Of a stretch of 64,000 nucleotides of DNA, positions 1 to 10,083 are shown one piece after another; the stretch's first letter is position 1, and every line of letters starts with the position of its first letter. Origin of the DNA: an uncultured Armatimonadia bacterium (GTDB lineage: Bacteria; Armatimonadota; Zipacnadia; CAVVLO01). Location: NCBI GenBank assembly GCA_963749155.1, contig CAVVLO010000001.1, positions 896,001-960,000 on the forward strand, in the 5' to 3' direction. The position numbers and the translations under genes are program-made. The notes beneath the pieces were generated by a model that did no database searches, was not told the DNA's origin, and saw only the letters and a list, made by a program, of their open reading frames with translations.

Positions 1-246
1 GCCACTTGCCGTAGAAGTGACGATTCCCGTGTTACGGCCGGGAAGCAAGTGAGAGACCGCCTCCGCCTGGTGGGAATAAAGCTGCTGGATGCCAAGCCCC
101 TTCAGCACTTGCTGGACGCGCGGGCTAAGCAGGTCTGGCACCTCCGCGAAATGCGCTTCTCGGGCTGGCAAGGTGGCCGTATGCTCGATGCGACTGGCCC
201 AGACTTTATCCTTCTGGAGTTTGGCGGCAACCTCGGAGGCAGTCAT
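1..246 (-). CDS. DEAD/DEAH-box helicase, N-terminal part (YprA/MrfA-like), runs off window start
   Basis: Manual translation from ATG at 246: MTASEVAAKLQKDKVWASRIEHTATLPAREAHFAEVP...LGIQQLYSHQAEAV...GRNTGIVTSTASG (Q-motif LYSHQ and start of Walker A); ATGA overlap with the pcm stop; not in ORF track. Confidence 0.8.
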   Translation of the reverse strand, partial: MTASEVAAKLQKDKVWASRIEHTATLPAREAHFAEVPDLLSPRVQQVLKGLGIQQLYSHQAEAVSHLLPGRNTGIVTSTASG

Positions 247-881
247 CGGGGCCGGTCACTCCCAGGCCGATTGCGTATCTGTCCCACCATCGGTACGAAA
301 GCGCAGGCCAGCACCGACTCGATGGAATCGCCCCCCGCGTGGTGGGTCAGCACCAGTAATTGCTGATGGCCGTATGGTTGATCGATCGGCACGACCAGCC
401 GTCTGCCTTCGGCGAGTTGGGCGACCAGAGGCTCTGGTATCCTTGGCGCCCCGCAGGTGACGATAATACCATCGAAAGGCGCCTCCTCTGGCCAGCCTTC
501 ATAACCATCACGTACACTTACATGGACGTCGGAATAGCCAAGTGAGGCCAGCAAGGCGCTGGCTTTTTCTGCAAGCGCTGGGATAACTTCAATCGTATAC
601 ACTTCAGCGCCCATCTCGGCCAGTATTGCCGCCTGGTAACCCGAGCCGGTGCCAATCTCCAGCACTCTTGAGTGCTTTGGCAGCGCAAGCGCCTGGCTCA
701 TAATCGCCACCATAAAGGGCTGCGAGATAGTCTGGCCCTCGCCCAGAGGCAACGCCCGGTCTTCCCAGGCCTCTGCCTGATGCTCCAGAGGCACGAAAAG
801 ACTCCTGTCCACCCGCTTCATCGCTTCGATGACCTGCGGATCGCTGACTTCTCGCCATTTCCAGTGAGGTTCGTTAGTCAT
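243..881 (-). CDS. pcm: Protein-L-isoaspartate(D-aspartate) O-methyltransferase
   Basis: GQTISQPFMVA, VLEIGTGSGYQAA, APFDGIIVT and FVPM motifs; start placed at ATG 881 (ORF track extends to 926). Confidence 0.93.
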   Translation of the reverse strand: MTNEPHWKWREVSDPQVIEAMKRVDRSLFVPLEHQAEAWEDRALPLGEGQTISQPFMVAIMSQALALPKHSRVLEIGTGSGYQAAILAEMGAEVYTIEVIPALAEKASALLASLGYSDVHVSVRDGYEGWPEEAPFDGIIVTCGAPRIPEPLVAQLAEGRRLVVPIDQPYGHQQLLVLTHHAGGDSIESVLACAFVPMVGQIRNRPGSDRPR

Positions 882-1087
882 TGTTTTCAATATAGCACTT
901 GCCTGTGACTTATCCGAAATATGCACTCTTCCGCAGGGGAAGAGCTGATGCCAGATACTCCAGACTCCCCGAGGTTTCTTCCCTTGGTATTAAAAGCAAC
1001 TGGAGGTTAGATTTGGCAGGAAGCCTTTGTGCAAAGGCGAAAAGGTCACCAGGCCTTTGGCCTCGAAACCACTCTGAGGTGACGTAG

Positions 1088-2002
1088 ATGATTTCCCTTC
1101 CCAAGCGCCCCATATGTTATATGCTCGGATTCGTGGCTTTGTCACTTCTGCTGGCTCTCTTCCTGGCAGGCTGTGGAGGGGCGGGTGGTTCGTCACTCGA
1201 CCTCGTCGGCAAGATTACCTACAGAAGTTATGCGGACAGCAACTATGAGATTTTCGTGATAAACCCCGATGGGTCTGAAGAGACCCGGATTACTTTTAAT
1301 GCTGTACTCGAGGACTTCCCAAGTTGGTCACCTGACGGCAGCCAGATCGTCTTTACAAGTATGCGTAATGGCAATGAGGAGCTCTATGTGATGGAGGCCA
1401 ATGGAGATTACCCAACACGCCTGACCAACAACTCCTCCCATGAAGAGTATCCATGCTGGTCGCCTGACGGCACCAAGATTGCCTTCACAAGCGATAGAGA
1501 CGGCAATACAGAAATCTATGTGATGGACGCTGATGGAGATAACCAGACGCGCCTGACCAATAACTCCGAATATGACATCTGCCCAAGCTGGTCCCCTGAT
1601 GGCAGCCGGATAGTCTTCGAGAGCAACCGCGATGGCAATCCGGAAGTTTATGTTATGGATGCCGATGGAACTGACCAGACCAACCTTTCGAACGACTCTG
1701 ACTATGACCGAGATCCTGGCTGGTCGCCTGACGGCAACAAGATCGCTTTCACCAGCAGTCGTGAAGGCACCTATGCTATCTATGTGATGGATACCGATGG
1801 TAGCAATCAGACTCAACTGACCGAAACTACCTCTGGTAACTACGCTCCAAGCTGGTCGCCTGACGGCAATCTCGTCTTCGCAAGCTGGCGCGATGGCAAC
1901 TATGAGATCTACGTGATGAACTCCAACGGCGATAACCAGACCCGCGTGACGAATAACCTCGTTGACGACCTCAATCCCAACTGGGGACCTGCCTTCGAAT
2001 AA
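1088..2002 (+). CDS. TolB-like PD40/WD40 beta-propeller lipoprotein
   Basis: Lipobox LAGC after a hydrophobic signal; repeated P.WSPDG.KI.F.S.RDGN.EIYVM.ADG....RLT units. Confidence 0.9.
   Translation: MISLPKRPICYMLGFVALSLLLALFLAGCGGAGGSSLDLVGKITYRSYADSNYEIFVINPDGSEETRITFNAVLEDFPSWSPDGSQIVFTSMRNGNEELYVMEANGDYPTRLTNNSSHEEYPCWSPDGTKIAFTSDRDGNTEIYVMDADGDNQTRLTNNSEYDICPSWSPDGSRIVFESNRDGNPEVYVMDADGTDQTNLSNDSDYDRDPGWSPDGNKIAFTSSREGTYAIYVMDTDGSNQTQLTETTSGNYAPSWSPDGNLVFASWRDGNYEIYVMNSNGDNQTRVTNNLVDDLNPNWGPAFE
1325..1983 (+). repeat. Intragenic 132-bp (44-aa) tandem repeat encoding propeller blades
   Basis: TGGTC[ACG]CCTGA[CT]GGC recurs at 1325, 1457, 1589, 1721 and 1853. Confidence 0.9.
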
Positions 2003-2012
2003 CAGGAAATCT

Positions 2013-2040
2013 GGGGGCGAGCCTTGCTCGCCCCCTTCTT
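2013..2040 (+). terminator. Rho-independent terminator
   Basis: Inverted repeat GGGGGCGAG...CTCGCCCCC followed by TTCTT. Confidence 0.65.
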
Positions 2041-2155
2041 GCCCCGTTTCTACTCTTGAACCCCTTCTGCGCAAACCTGAAGCTGTTATCAGGTTGCCTT
2101 TTCTCGTCAGCGGGGCTATAACCTGCTTATATTCACCTTGAGGTGGTGAGCCGCA

Positions 2156-3460
2156 ATGATCTGGAACCCCGATGTTGAGACGCTCCCCAGACCCAGGCTG
2201 GAGGAGCTCCAAAGCAAGCGCCTGGCCAGGCTGGCAGAATATTGTTATAGGCAGGTGCCTCTCTATAAAGCCAAATTTGACGAGGCAGGCCTGTCTCCCC
2301 AGGACATCAAGACAGTCGCTGATCTCGAAAAACTTCCCTTTACCACGAAAGATGACCTGAGAGAGTCGTATCCCTTCGGCCTGTTTGCTATGCCTATTAA
2401 CGACATCGTGCGAATTCATGCCTCCAGCGGCACGACAGGACGCGCGACAGTTGTCGGTTATAGCAAAGAAGACGTGGGCATCTGGGCCGAGGTAATGGCC
2501 CGAACGCTTGCCGGTGGCGGCTGCACCAGCCATGACATCGTGCAGAACGCTTATGGTTACGGGCTTTTCACCGGGGGCCTTGGCATCCATTACGGAGCCG
2601 AGCGCATTGGCGCTTCTGTTGTTCCCGTCTCAGGCGGCAACACTCCACGCCAGCTTCAACTGATGAAGGACTTCGGCAGCACAATGCTCTGCTGCACGCC
2701 TTCTTACGCCATCCTGCTCGGTGAGTCGGCTGTGGACGCCGGTATCGATACCGCCGACCTGCCAGTCAAGATGGGCTGCTTCGGTGCCGAGCCCTGGGGC
2801 GAGCAGATGCGCAAGGAGATAGAAGCCAAACTCAATGTAAAAGCTTATGACATCTACGGCTTGTCCGAGATAATCGGTCCAGGCGTAGCCTTCGAGTGTT
2901 CGGAGCAGTCCGGTATGCACATCAACGAAGATCACTTCCTGCCGGAACTCATTGATCCAGCCACGGGCAAGCAACTGCCTTATGGCGAGTCGGGCGAACT
3001 CGTGTTCACCACGCTCACCAAGACCGGTATGCCCCTTCTGCGATATCGCACTCGCGATATCTGCACTTTCAGCCCTGACGTCTGCCCCTGCGGTCGTTCA
3101 ACAGTCAGGATGAGCAAGGTCACCGGCCGCACCGACGATATGCTCATCATCCGGGGCGTCAACGTGTTCCCGAGCCAGATTGAGACTGCGCTGCTCGAGG
3201 TGGATTTCGTCGCGCCTCACTACCTGATTATCGTCGACAGGGAAGAGGGGAAGATGGACACCCTCGAGGTGCAAGTCGAGATAAGTGAGGCCCTGTTCTC
3301 GGATGAAGTTAGTGAGCTGGTAGGCCTGGAGCACAGGCTCGAGCAGCACCTGCATAACGCGCTCAACGTGGGTTGTAAAGTGAAACTGGTCGGGCCGAAG
3401 ACTATCGAGCGTAGCGAAGCCAAGGCCAAGCGTGTTGTTGACAAGCGGGACATCCGATAA
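2156..3460 (+). CDS. paaK: Phenylacetate-CoA ligase family protein
   Basis: [54 protein letters not shown]. Confidence 0.93.
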   Translation: MIWNPDVETLPRPRLEELQSKRLARLAEYCYRQVPLYKAKFDEAGLSPQDIKTVADLEKLPFTTKDDLRESYPFGLFAMPINDIVRIHASSGTTGRATVVGYSKEDVGIWAEVMARTLAGGGCTSHDIVQNAYGYGLFTGGLGIHYGAERIGASVVPVSGGNTPRQLQLMKDFGSTMLCCTPSYAILLGESAVDAGIDTADLPVKMGCFGAEPWGEQMRKEIEAKLNVKAYDIYGLSEIIGPGVAFECSEQSGMHINEDHFLPELIDPATGKQLPYGESGELVFTTLTKTGMPLLRYRTRDICTFSPDVCPCGRSTVRMSKVTGRTDDMLIIRGVNVFPSQIETALLEVDFVAPHYLIIVDREEGKMDTLEVQVEISEALFSDEVSELVGLEHRLEQHLHNALNVGCKVKLVGPKTIERSEAKAKRVVDKRDIR

Positions 3461-3472
3461 GGAGGAAAGACA

Positions 3473-3907
3473 ATGACCACCGTGACGCAAGTCTCTGTTT
3501 TTGCCGAAAACAATACCGGTCAGTTGCATCAGGTGCTGGCGCCGATGGCAGCGGCTGGAGTCAACCTTCGAGCTTTTTCGATTGCAGAAGCGCCCGACTT
3601 CGGAGTGTTGCGTTTCATTGTGGATGACGCCGAGAAGGCACTCGAGGCACTGACGGCGGCAGGTTTTCGCGTAAAGCTGACTCCTGTCCATGCGGTGCAG
3701 CTTCGTGATGTGCCAGGCGCGCTGGACGAGGTATGCCTGGCGCTGGCGGAGGCGGGCATTGGCATCGATTATATGTATGCCTTTGCCGCTCACAGCCAGG
3801 CTGCGGCGATAACGATTCTCCGCACGCCAGATCCCGAAGGCACCGAAAAAGCACTCACCGCCAAGGGAATGAAGATGATCGATATGGCGAGCCTGCTCGC
3901 TCTTTAG
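3473..3907 (+). CDS. Double ACT-domain protein (commonly paaK-associated)
   Basis: QVSVFAENNTGQL...NLRAFSIAE..DFGVLRFIV...PGAL...IDYMYAF; AGGAGG RBS. Confidence 0.88.
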   Translation: MTTVTQVSVFAENNTGQLHQVLAPMAAAGVNLRAFSIAEAPDFGVLRFIVDDAEKALEALTAAGFRVKLTPVHAVQLRDVPGALDEVCLALAEAGIGIDYMYAFAAHSQAAAITILRTPDPEGTEKALTAKGMKMIDMASLLAL

Positions 3908-3948
3908 GAAGAGTCCGGACTGCCATAGCCTGCCTGGAGGCGCCACAT

Positions 3949-4740
3949 ATGGGGCTTTCTGTATACATAATGACTGATCTCGAAGGGGTCTCGGGCGTGT
4001 TGCTGGAGGCCCAGACCATCCAGGACGGAGCTGCTTACGAGCTTGCGCGTCACTGGCTCACCGCCGAACTCAACGCCACAATCGCTGGTGCCTTCGATGC
4101 GGGAGCCGAACGGGTCGTGGCGGTGGATGGTCACGGCAAACCCTTCAATTTCGTCTACGAAGAACTTGATGAGCGCGCCGAATATATTGTGGGCAGCGGA
4201 TGGGAGTTCTACCCCGAAGGAGCTGCCAGCGTCTTCGACTGCGCTTTTTGTATTGGCTTCCATGCGATGGCTGGTACGCCTAATGCAGTGCTTGACCATA
4301 CAATGAGTTCGGCGACCTGGCAGAATTGCTGGATAAATGGCCAACTTGTCGGAGAGCTGGCTATAGTAGCGGGAGTCCTGGGCGAACTTGGTGTGCCAGT
4401 CACGCTGGTCAGTGGGGACGATGCAACTTGCAGCGAGGCGCGCGAGTTGCTTGGGCCCGTTGAGACTGTCGTTACCAAGTATGGTATCAGCCGTCATACA
4501 GCCAAACTGCGCGCTCAAGGGCCAGTGCTTGCAGAGCTTAGAGAAAAAGCTCGATTAGCGGTGACAGGGCGCTCAAAAGTCTCGCCCCTCGTTTTCGATG
4601 TCCCAGTTGAGCTGAAGATTGAGTATACTAAGACTGCATATGCGGACGGGCTTCGGTCAGGCTTGAAGGAGCGCCCGGAGCCGAGAATGAGACTAGTAAA
4701 AGGTGAAACGTTAGGTCAAGCTTTTCTTAACCTACACTAA
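3949..4740 (+). CDS. M55 family D-aminopeptidase (DppA-like)
   Basis: VYIMTDLEGVSGV, VDGHG, IGFHA.AG, LDHT and VSGDD motifs; start moved to ATG 3949. Confidence 0.9.
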   Translation: MGLSVYIMTDLEGVSGVLLEAQTIQDGAAYELARHWLTAELNATIAGAFDAGAERVVAVDGHGKPFNFVYEELDERAEYIVGSGWEFYPEGAASVFDCAFCIGFHAMAGTPNAVLDHTMSSATWQNCWINGQLVGELAIVAGVLGELGVPVTLVSGDDATCSEARELLGPVETVVTKYGISRHTAKLRAQGPVLAELREKARLAVTGRSKVSPLVFDVPVELKIEYTKTAYADGLRSGLKERPEPRMRLVKGETLGQAFLNLH

Positions 4741-4882
4741 AAGATGTAACGCTTTACCGAATGTGACTACTTTGGAAACATTATTAACCCTTGTAGACCT
4801 GTAGTTTTCGTGGTAACGTTAATCAGACCTAGAGAAGTGAGGCTGTGTGGCAGGTTAATTCCAGGTCACTTGCCCTGAAGAG

Positions 4883-5551
4883 ATGGTAGCTGTGCATAAG
4901 CGAGGCTTTACACTTATCGAATTGCTGGTAGTTATCGCGATCATCGCCATATTGGCCGCGATATTATTTCCTGTCTTTGCCCGGGCCAGAGAAAAAGCGC
5001 GCCAGGCAAGCTGTCAGTCCAACATGAAGCAAATCGGGATAGCCTTCCAGATGTACGCGCTGGACTATGATGGCAAGATGGTCGCCTATGACAATCCCTC
5101 TGTGGTCCCTCTTCCCGATGCGCGCAAGCCCAGCACTTATTTCCTCAATGCCTGGTACGATCAGTTAATGCCCTATATGCGCAATAACGATATCCTGATT
5201 TGCCCGACCTTAAAAGCCGAGCCCGTGAATGAAGGTTATGGTTATAGCTATTGGTCGAGCTATGCAATGAACTGGCGCAGTTCTGGCTGGAATGGGGGCG
5301 TCCCAAAGGCACTGGACGAGTATTCCCGCCCTGCCGAGACAATCTATATAGCCGATGGCACCTGGTCATGGTTCTACTGGTACAACTACGGAACCCTCAG
5401 CAGCACTCGCCATAATGATGGGATGAACTGCCTGTGCATTGATGGTCATGTCAAGCATACCGGCAAGATGGATCCCGACGAGTTCCGCCCTTATCCAACC
5501 GATTTGGGGCCGTATGGCGGAATGTATCTTTGGCTGGACGATATCCTCTAA
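4883..5551 (+). CDS. Prepilin-type N-terminal cleavage/methylation protein with H-X9-DG C-terminal motif (DUF1559-like)
   Basis: [58 protein letters not shown]. Confidence 0.92.
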   Translation: MVAVHKRGFTLIELLVVIAIIAILAAILFPVFARAREKARQASCQSNMKQIGIAFQMYALDYDGKMVAYDNPSVVPLPDARKPSTYFLNAWYDQLMPYMRNNDILICPTLKAEPVNEGYGYSYWSSYAMNWRSSGWNGGVPKALDEYSRPAETIYIADGTWSWFYWYNYGTLSSTRHNDGMNCLCIDGHVKHTGKMDPDEFRPYPTDLGPYGGMYLWLDDIL

Positions 5552-5577
5552 CAATCCGGCCTGGTCTCTCACCAAGC

Positions 5578-5611
5578 AAACAGCCTGGCCAACACTGGCC
5601 AGGCTGTTTTT
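5578..5611. terminator. Bidirectional terminator between convergent genes
   Basis: AAACAGCCTGGCCA-acac-TGGCCAGGCTGTTT then TT. Confidence 0.8.
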
Positions 5612-5636
5612 CTATCCCAGGTTTACAAGCTTGCTC

Positions 5637-6317
5637 TCAGCCGCGCTGAGGCAGATAAGGCATAAGGCGCGCCGCCAGATTTGCGATTGGCATGCTTTGC
5701 AACCAGATTCGTCCTGGCCCGGTCAGAGTGGCCAGGAAGAAGCCCTGTCCTCCAAAGAAGATGTTCTTCAATCCTTTGATTAGCTCTATGTCAAAATCAA
5801 CGGACGGGTCGAACATAGCTACATGCCCTGGCGCCACCTGAAGCTTCTGACCCGCCGCCAGGGTGTAAGGGGTTATCTCTCCCGCCAGCTCGAAGAAAGT
5901 GGTGCCAGGCCCAGTGACTTTTTCGAGGATAAATCCTTCGCCTCCGAAGATGCCAGCGCCTAGCCGGCGCTGCCAGTGTACGGAAAGCTCTACGGAGGCC
6001 TCAGCACACATAAAGGCATCCTTTTGAGCGATGATGGCCTCGCCTGCGGCAAGCGCCATGGGGACGATCTTGCCAGGAAGCTCTGAGGCAAAGGCCACCA
6101 GGCCCGCTGCTTCTTCGCAGTGGTAGTAGGAAAGCATCAAGGACTCTCCCGCGAAAGAGCGCGCAAGCCCTCCAAACAGGCCGCCAGGCATCTGAGTGTC
6201 CATCCGGACGCTGGGACTTTTCCAGGCCATACCGCCCGCTTCACTCACCATCGACTCGCCCAGCTCGAGCTGGATGTCTACCACTTGCAAATCGTCACCG
6301 CGAATAGTGTATTTCAT
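5637..6317 (-). CDS. TIGR00266/AIM24 family protein
   Basis: SEAGGMAW, GESL, QKDAFMCAE, FGGEGFILEKVTGPG, GPGRIWLQSMP. Confidence 0.9.
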   Translation of the reverse strand: MKYTIRGDDLQVVDIQLELGESMVSEAGGMAWKSPSVRMDTQMPGGLFGGLARSFAGESLMLSYYHCEEAAGLVAFASELPGKIVPMALAAGEAIIAQKDAFMCAEASVELSVHWQRRLGAGIFGGEGFILEKVTGPGTTFFELAGEITPYTLAAGQKLQVAPGHVAMFDPSVDFDIELIKGLKNIFFGGQGFFLATLTGPGRIWLQSMPIANLAARLMPYLPQRG

Positions 6318-6353
6318 CCTCGGCTCTCCCTGGTCCTCAAATATGTATCAGCT

Positions 6354-7034
6354 CTAACCTTTGCTAGGCAGGTAGGGAATCAGTCTGCTGGCAAAGTTTG
6401 GCAAAGGCATACTCTGGAGCCAGACCTTTCCTGGACCAGTTACATTGGCCAGGAATAGCCCCTCTCCACCAAACAGTATATTTTTGACGCCTTTTACCAT
6501 CTCTATATCAAACTGCACGCTGGGTTCCATCAGAGCCAGATAGCCCGGATCGACCTTCAGACGCTGGCCGGCTACCAGAGTGTATTCGACGATATGGCCA
6601 GCCAGTTCGAAGAAAACCTGACCTGGGCCAGTCACCTTCTGCAGGATAAATCCCTCGCCGCCAAAGAGTCCTGCGCCAAGCCGCTTGTTGAAGTGCATCT
6701 CGAGTTGCACTCCCGCCTCTGCGCACATAAAGGAATCTTTCTGACAGACCATAATCTGTTCTGGAGCAAGCGTCATCGGGACTATCTTGCCGGGGAACTC
6801 GGATGCAAACGCTACCAGCCCTTCGGCGCCCTGACAGGTATAATCGGTCAGCATCAAGGACTCGCCCATCAGCTTGCGCTTGAGACCTCCCATCAACCCG
6901 CCTTTCATCTCGGTATTCATCGAGATATTGTCGGACATCCAGGCCATACCCCCGGATTCGGAATAGACCGTCTCGCCCGACTTGAGCCGTATGTCAACCA
7001 CCTGCAGGTCATGCCCAAATATCGTGAACTCCAT
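6354..7034 (-). CDS. TIGR00266/AIM24 family protein (tandem paralog)
   Basis: Same motifs and same 681-nt length as its neighbour when started at ATG 7034 (MEFTIFGHDLQ), with an AGAAGGGGG RBS. Confidence 0.9.
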   Translation of the reverse strand: MEFTIFGHDLQVVDIRLKSGETVYSESGGMAWMSDNISMNTEMKGGLMGGLKRKLMGESLMLTDYTCQGAEGLVAFASEFPGKIVPMTLAPEQIMVCQKDSFMCAEAGVQLEMHFNKRLGAGLFGGEGFILQKVTGPGQVFFELAGHIVEYTLVAGQRLKVDPGYLALMEPSVQFDIEMVKGVKNILFGGEGLFLANVTGPGKVWLQSMPLPNFASRLIPYLPSKG

Positions 7035-7354
7035 ACAGTGTTTGCCCCCTTCTGGTAAGTGTCCTGGTACGGCAATTGGCACCAGAGTGAAGACAATTTC
7101 GAGCTTGGCAGAAGTAATCCTGCTCAGCTTTGTCTTAGGCCGCCATGCATGTTGAATAAAAAGGTCTTCCGGAGCGCGACGAGAGGGCGAATCTCGTGTA
7201 GAATTGGTGCAGCTCCCCTGTGCAGAATACCAGGTGCAGGTAGGAAACAGGACGGCAACAAATTGCCGCTCAGCTAGCCACTTGGCGCGCAGTTTCCCGC
7301 TCTGGGGCGCTTGTTGCACCGGAAGAGTCTTGCGTAGAATGATGACATCAGACG

Positions 7355-7370
7355 GCAAGCAACGTGCCAA
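7355..7370 (-). promoter_or_regulatory. Sigma54 -24/-12 consensus, pointing away from glnA
   Basis: Minus strand TTGGCACGTTGCTTGC = TGGCAC-N5-TTGC. Confidence 0.6.
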
Positions 7371-7400
7371 ACGTTGATCTCACTTAGGAGGTTGTGTCCA

Positions 7401-8729
7401 ATGGCTCTCAGTAAAGACAAGGTAATGAGCATCTGCGAGGACGAGGACGTAAAATTTATCAAGATATGGTTTACCGACGTCCTTGGTTACCTCAAGAGCT
7501 TCACAATTAGTGCCCGGGAGCTTGAAGGGGCTTTCGCCGAGGGAATGGGCTTTGATGGTTCCTCTATTGAAGGCTTCGCGCGGATCTCGGAAAGCGATAT
7601 GGTCGCTATGCCCGATCCCAACACCTTCACCATCCTGCCCTGGCGTCCCAGCGAGCAGGGCAAAGTCGCCAGGATGTTCTGCGATGTGCTTACTCCAGAT
7701 GGCGCTAACTATGATGGCGACCCACGCTATGTGCTTAAGCGCGCTCTGGCGAAGGCTGACGCAATGGGCTACAAGGTCTTCCTGGGGCCCGAGCTCGAGT
7801 ATTTCTATTTTTCCAATGACAAGACCACCCAGACCCTCGACAAGGCTGGCTATTTCGATGTGACCCCGCGCGATGAGGCCACTGACCTGCGCCGCCAGAC
7901 CGTCATCGCCCTCGAGCAGATGGACATCAAGGTCGAGTACAGCCATCACGAGGTCGCTCCTTCTCAGCACGAGATCGACCTGCGCTACAACGAAGCACTG
8001 CAGATGGCCGATACCGTGATGACCTACCGGATGACGGTCAAAGAGATTGCAGCGATGAATGGCGTTTACGCCACCTTTATGCCCAAGCCGATTTTTGGGC
8101 AGAATGGTTCTGGAATGCACACTCACCAGTCGTTGTTCGCTGGCAGCAAGAATGCTTTCTTCAATCCCAATGACCAGTATTATCTGTCTGATGTAGCCAA
8201 GATGTATATCGAAGGCTTGCTGCGTTTCGCGCCCGAGATAACCGCTGTGACCAACCAGTGGGTAAACAGCTACAAGCGCCTGGTGCCTGGTTATGAAGCC
8301 CCGGTCTATGTGTCCTGGGCGCGCGCCAACAGGTCCGCTCTCGTGCGGGTACCGCTGTACAAGCCTGGCAAAGAGGCCGCAACTCGCTGCGAATTGCGCT
8401 GTCCCGATCCGGCCTGCAACCCCTACCTGGCCTTCGCCGTTATGATCTCGGCTGGCCTCAAGGGTATCGAAGAGAAGTTCGAACTGCGCAGCCCGACCGA
8501 AGAGGACATCTTCGAGATGAACGAAACCGAGCGCGCCGCGCACGGCATCACCTCGCTGCCAGGCAGTCTCGCGCAGGCTATCGAGCTTGCCGAGGGTAGC
8601 TCGCTGCTCAAGGAGGCGCTGGGCGACCACGTCTTCGAGAAGTTCATCGCCAACAAGAAACTCGAGTGGGATATGTACCGGACGCAGGTGCACCAGTACG
8701 AACTGGACAAATACCTGCCGTTGCTTTAG
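7401..8729 (+). CDS. glnA: Glutamine synthetase type I
   Basis: FDGSSIEGF.RI.ESDM, GPELEYFYF, HHEVAPSQHEI, ATFMPKP..GQNGSGMH, NSYKRLVPGYEAP; AGGAGG RBS before ATG 7401. Confidence 0.97.
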   Translation: MALSKDKVMSICEDEDVKFIKIWFTDVLGYLKSFTISARELEGAFAEGMGFDGSSIEGFARISESDMVAMPDPNTFTILPWRPSEQGKVARMFCDVLTPDGANYDGDPRYVLKRALAKADAMGYKVFLGPELEYFYFSNDKTTQTLDKAGYFDVTPRDEATDLRRQTVIALEQMDIKVEYSHHEVAPSQHEIDLRYNEALQMADTVMTYRMTVKEIAAMNGVYATFMPKPIFGQNGSGMHTHQSLFAGSKNAFFNPNDQYYLSDVAKMYIEGLLRFAPEITAVTNQWVNSYKRLVPGYEAPVYVSWARANRSALVRVPLYKPGKEAATRCELRCPDPACNPYLAFAVMISAGLKGIEEKFELRSPTEEDIFEMNETERAAHGITSLPGSLAQAIELAEGSSLLKEALGDHVFEKFIANKKLEWDMYRTQVHQYELDKYLPLL

Positions 8730-8754
8730 AGCCGGCTCAGAGTTAGCCTGTTTA

Positions 8755-8784
8755 CAGAGCCGCCGCGTCCTCGTGGCGGCTCTG
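8755..8784 (+). terminator. Hairpin after glnA (possible terminator, no adjacent U tract)
   Basis: CAGAGCCGCCGCG-tcct-CGTGGCGGCTCTG. Confidence 0.45.
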
Positions 8785-8973
8785 CCGTCTCTCACCCTTT
8801 TTAGTCAGGGGGGAAACTGGTAGGAAATCACTTCCCCAAAGAGAAGCCTTTCACGGGGGTTTTTCAGGGGCAGTCAGGGAAGCCAGCATCCCCGCCAAGC
8901 GTTAGAATAACAGACCCCGAAGACGATTCTGACTGGCAGGGCGATTAGCCAGCCAGGCAGCAGGTGAAACAGA

Positions 8974-10083
8974 ATGGCCAAGCCCGAGTTCGATTTTAAA
9001 GTTCCAGCCGCATGCGGAGCCTTCGGCATGTTGAATGAAGATGGCGCCAGGACCAGCGGTCAGGTGGCTATTGATGGCATCCGCATTATGCACGAGCGCG
9101 GCAACGGCCTGGGCGGCGGATTCGCCGGATACGGAATCTATCCGGAATTTGCCGACTATTATGCCTTCCATTTGATGTATGAGTCGGATGCCGGTCGCAG
9201 CGCGACCGAGCAATTCCTGAACGAGTACTTCAATGTCGAGATGGCCGAGAAGATCCCGACCAGGGCGCATCCCCGGGTGCATGACGAGCCGCTGCTAATG
9301 AGGTATTTCGTGCGTCCCAAGCGCGGCTTGCATCCTCGACTTGCCCGGCTTTCAGAGCAGGACTTCATCGTCTGGGCAGTGATGAGCATCAACCGCGAGG
9401 TAGACGATGCGTATGTCGCCTCCAGTGGCAAGAATATGGGCTCCTTCAAGGGAGTTGGCTTTCCAGAGGATATCGGCGAGTTCTTCCGCCTTGAAGAATA
9501 CGAAGGCTGGTTGTGGACGGCGCATGGACGGTTCCCGACCAATACCAAAGGCTGGTGGGGAGGGGCGCATCCCTTTGCTTTGCTCGACTGGTCGGTCGTA
9601 CATAATGGAGAAGTCTCTTCTTATGGCATCAACAAGCGCTATCTGGAAGAACATGGTTACGAGTGCCGCCTGCTAACCGATACTGAGGTTATCACCTATC
9701 TGCTGGATTTGCTGGTGCGCCGGCACGGGCTGTCGCTCGAGATGGCCAGCGTTGCGCTCGCGCCGCCTTTCTGGAAGACCATCGACCGGATGCCAGCAGA
9801 GCAGAAGCAGCTTTATACCACCCTGCGCACAGTTTATGGATCGGCCGAGCTCAATGGGCCCTTCGCTATCATCGTCGGCTTCGAGGGCGGGATGCTTGGT
9901 CTTTCGGACCGGGTGAAGCTGCGTCCTCTCGTAGCTGCCAGACATGGCGAGACAGTCTATCTGGCCAGCGAGGAATGCTCTATCCGAGAGGTCTGTCCGC
10001 GGCCCGATAAAATCTGGCATCCCCGAGCTGGCGAGCCTGTAATCAGCCGGCTGAAGGTTGCCGCGAAGGAGGCAGTAGCCTGA
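8974..10083 (+). CDS. Glutamate synthase amidotransferase subunit (GltB1-like, class II GATase)
   Basis: Ntn-type CGAFG near the N-terminus, ERGNGLGGGF, AHGRFPTNT..W..AHPF, VVHNGE, TDTE, LNGPF, DRVKLRP. Confidence 0.9.
   Translation: MAKPEFDFKVPAACGAFGMLNEDGARTSGQVAIDGIRIMHERGNGLGGGFAGYGIYPEFADYYAFHLMYESDAGRSATEQFLNEYFNVEMAEKIPTRAHPRVHDEPLLMRYFVRPKRGLHPRLARLSEQDFIVWAVMSINREVDDAYVASSGKNMGSFKGVGFPEDIGEFFRLEEYEGWLWTAHGRFPTNTKGWWGGAHPFALLDWSVVHNGEVSSYGINKRYLEEHGYECRLLTDTEVITYLLDLLVRRHGLSLEMASVALAPPFWKTIDRMPAEQKQLYTTLRTVYGSAELNGPFAIIVGFEGGMLGLSDRVKLRPLVAARHGETVYLASEECSIREVCPRPDKIWHPRAGEPVISRLKVAAKEAVA

Noticed and set aside
1325..1983. Regularly spaced repeats as a possible CRISPR array
   Set aside because: The period is 132 bp, in frame and degenerate at third positions; these are PD40 propeller blades. 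No CRISPR array or cas gene was seen in the window
1328..2590. 420-aa minus-strand ORF
   Set aside because: Antisense shadow of the TolB-like and paaK genes with no motif
4745..4825. LacI-type palindromes (GTAA-CGCT-TTAC, TAACGTTA) upstream of the prepilin gene
   Set aside because: Short and imperfect, with no cognate regulator nearby
7035..7370. 112-aa N-terminal extension of the second AIM24 protein
   Set aside because: The paralog alignment and RBS place the start at 7034
7380..8795. 471-aa minus-strand ORF
   Set aside because: Antisense shadow of glnA, typical of high-GC codon bias
8823..8892. NrpR-like GGAA-N6-TTCC operators upstream of the GOGAT operon
   Set aside because: Matches are imperfect (GGAA-N5-TTCC and GGAA-N6-ATCC) and no nrpR gene is in the window
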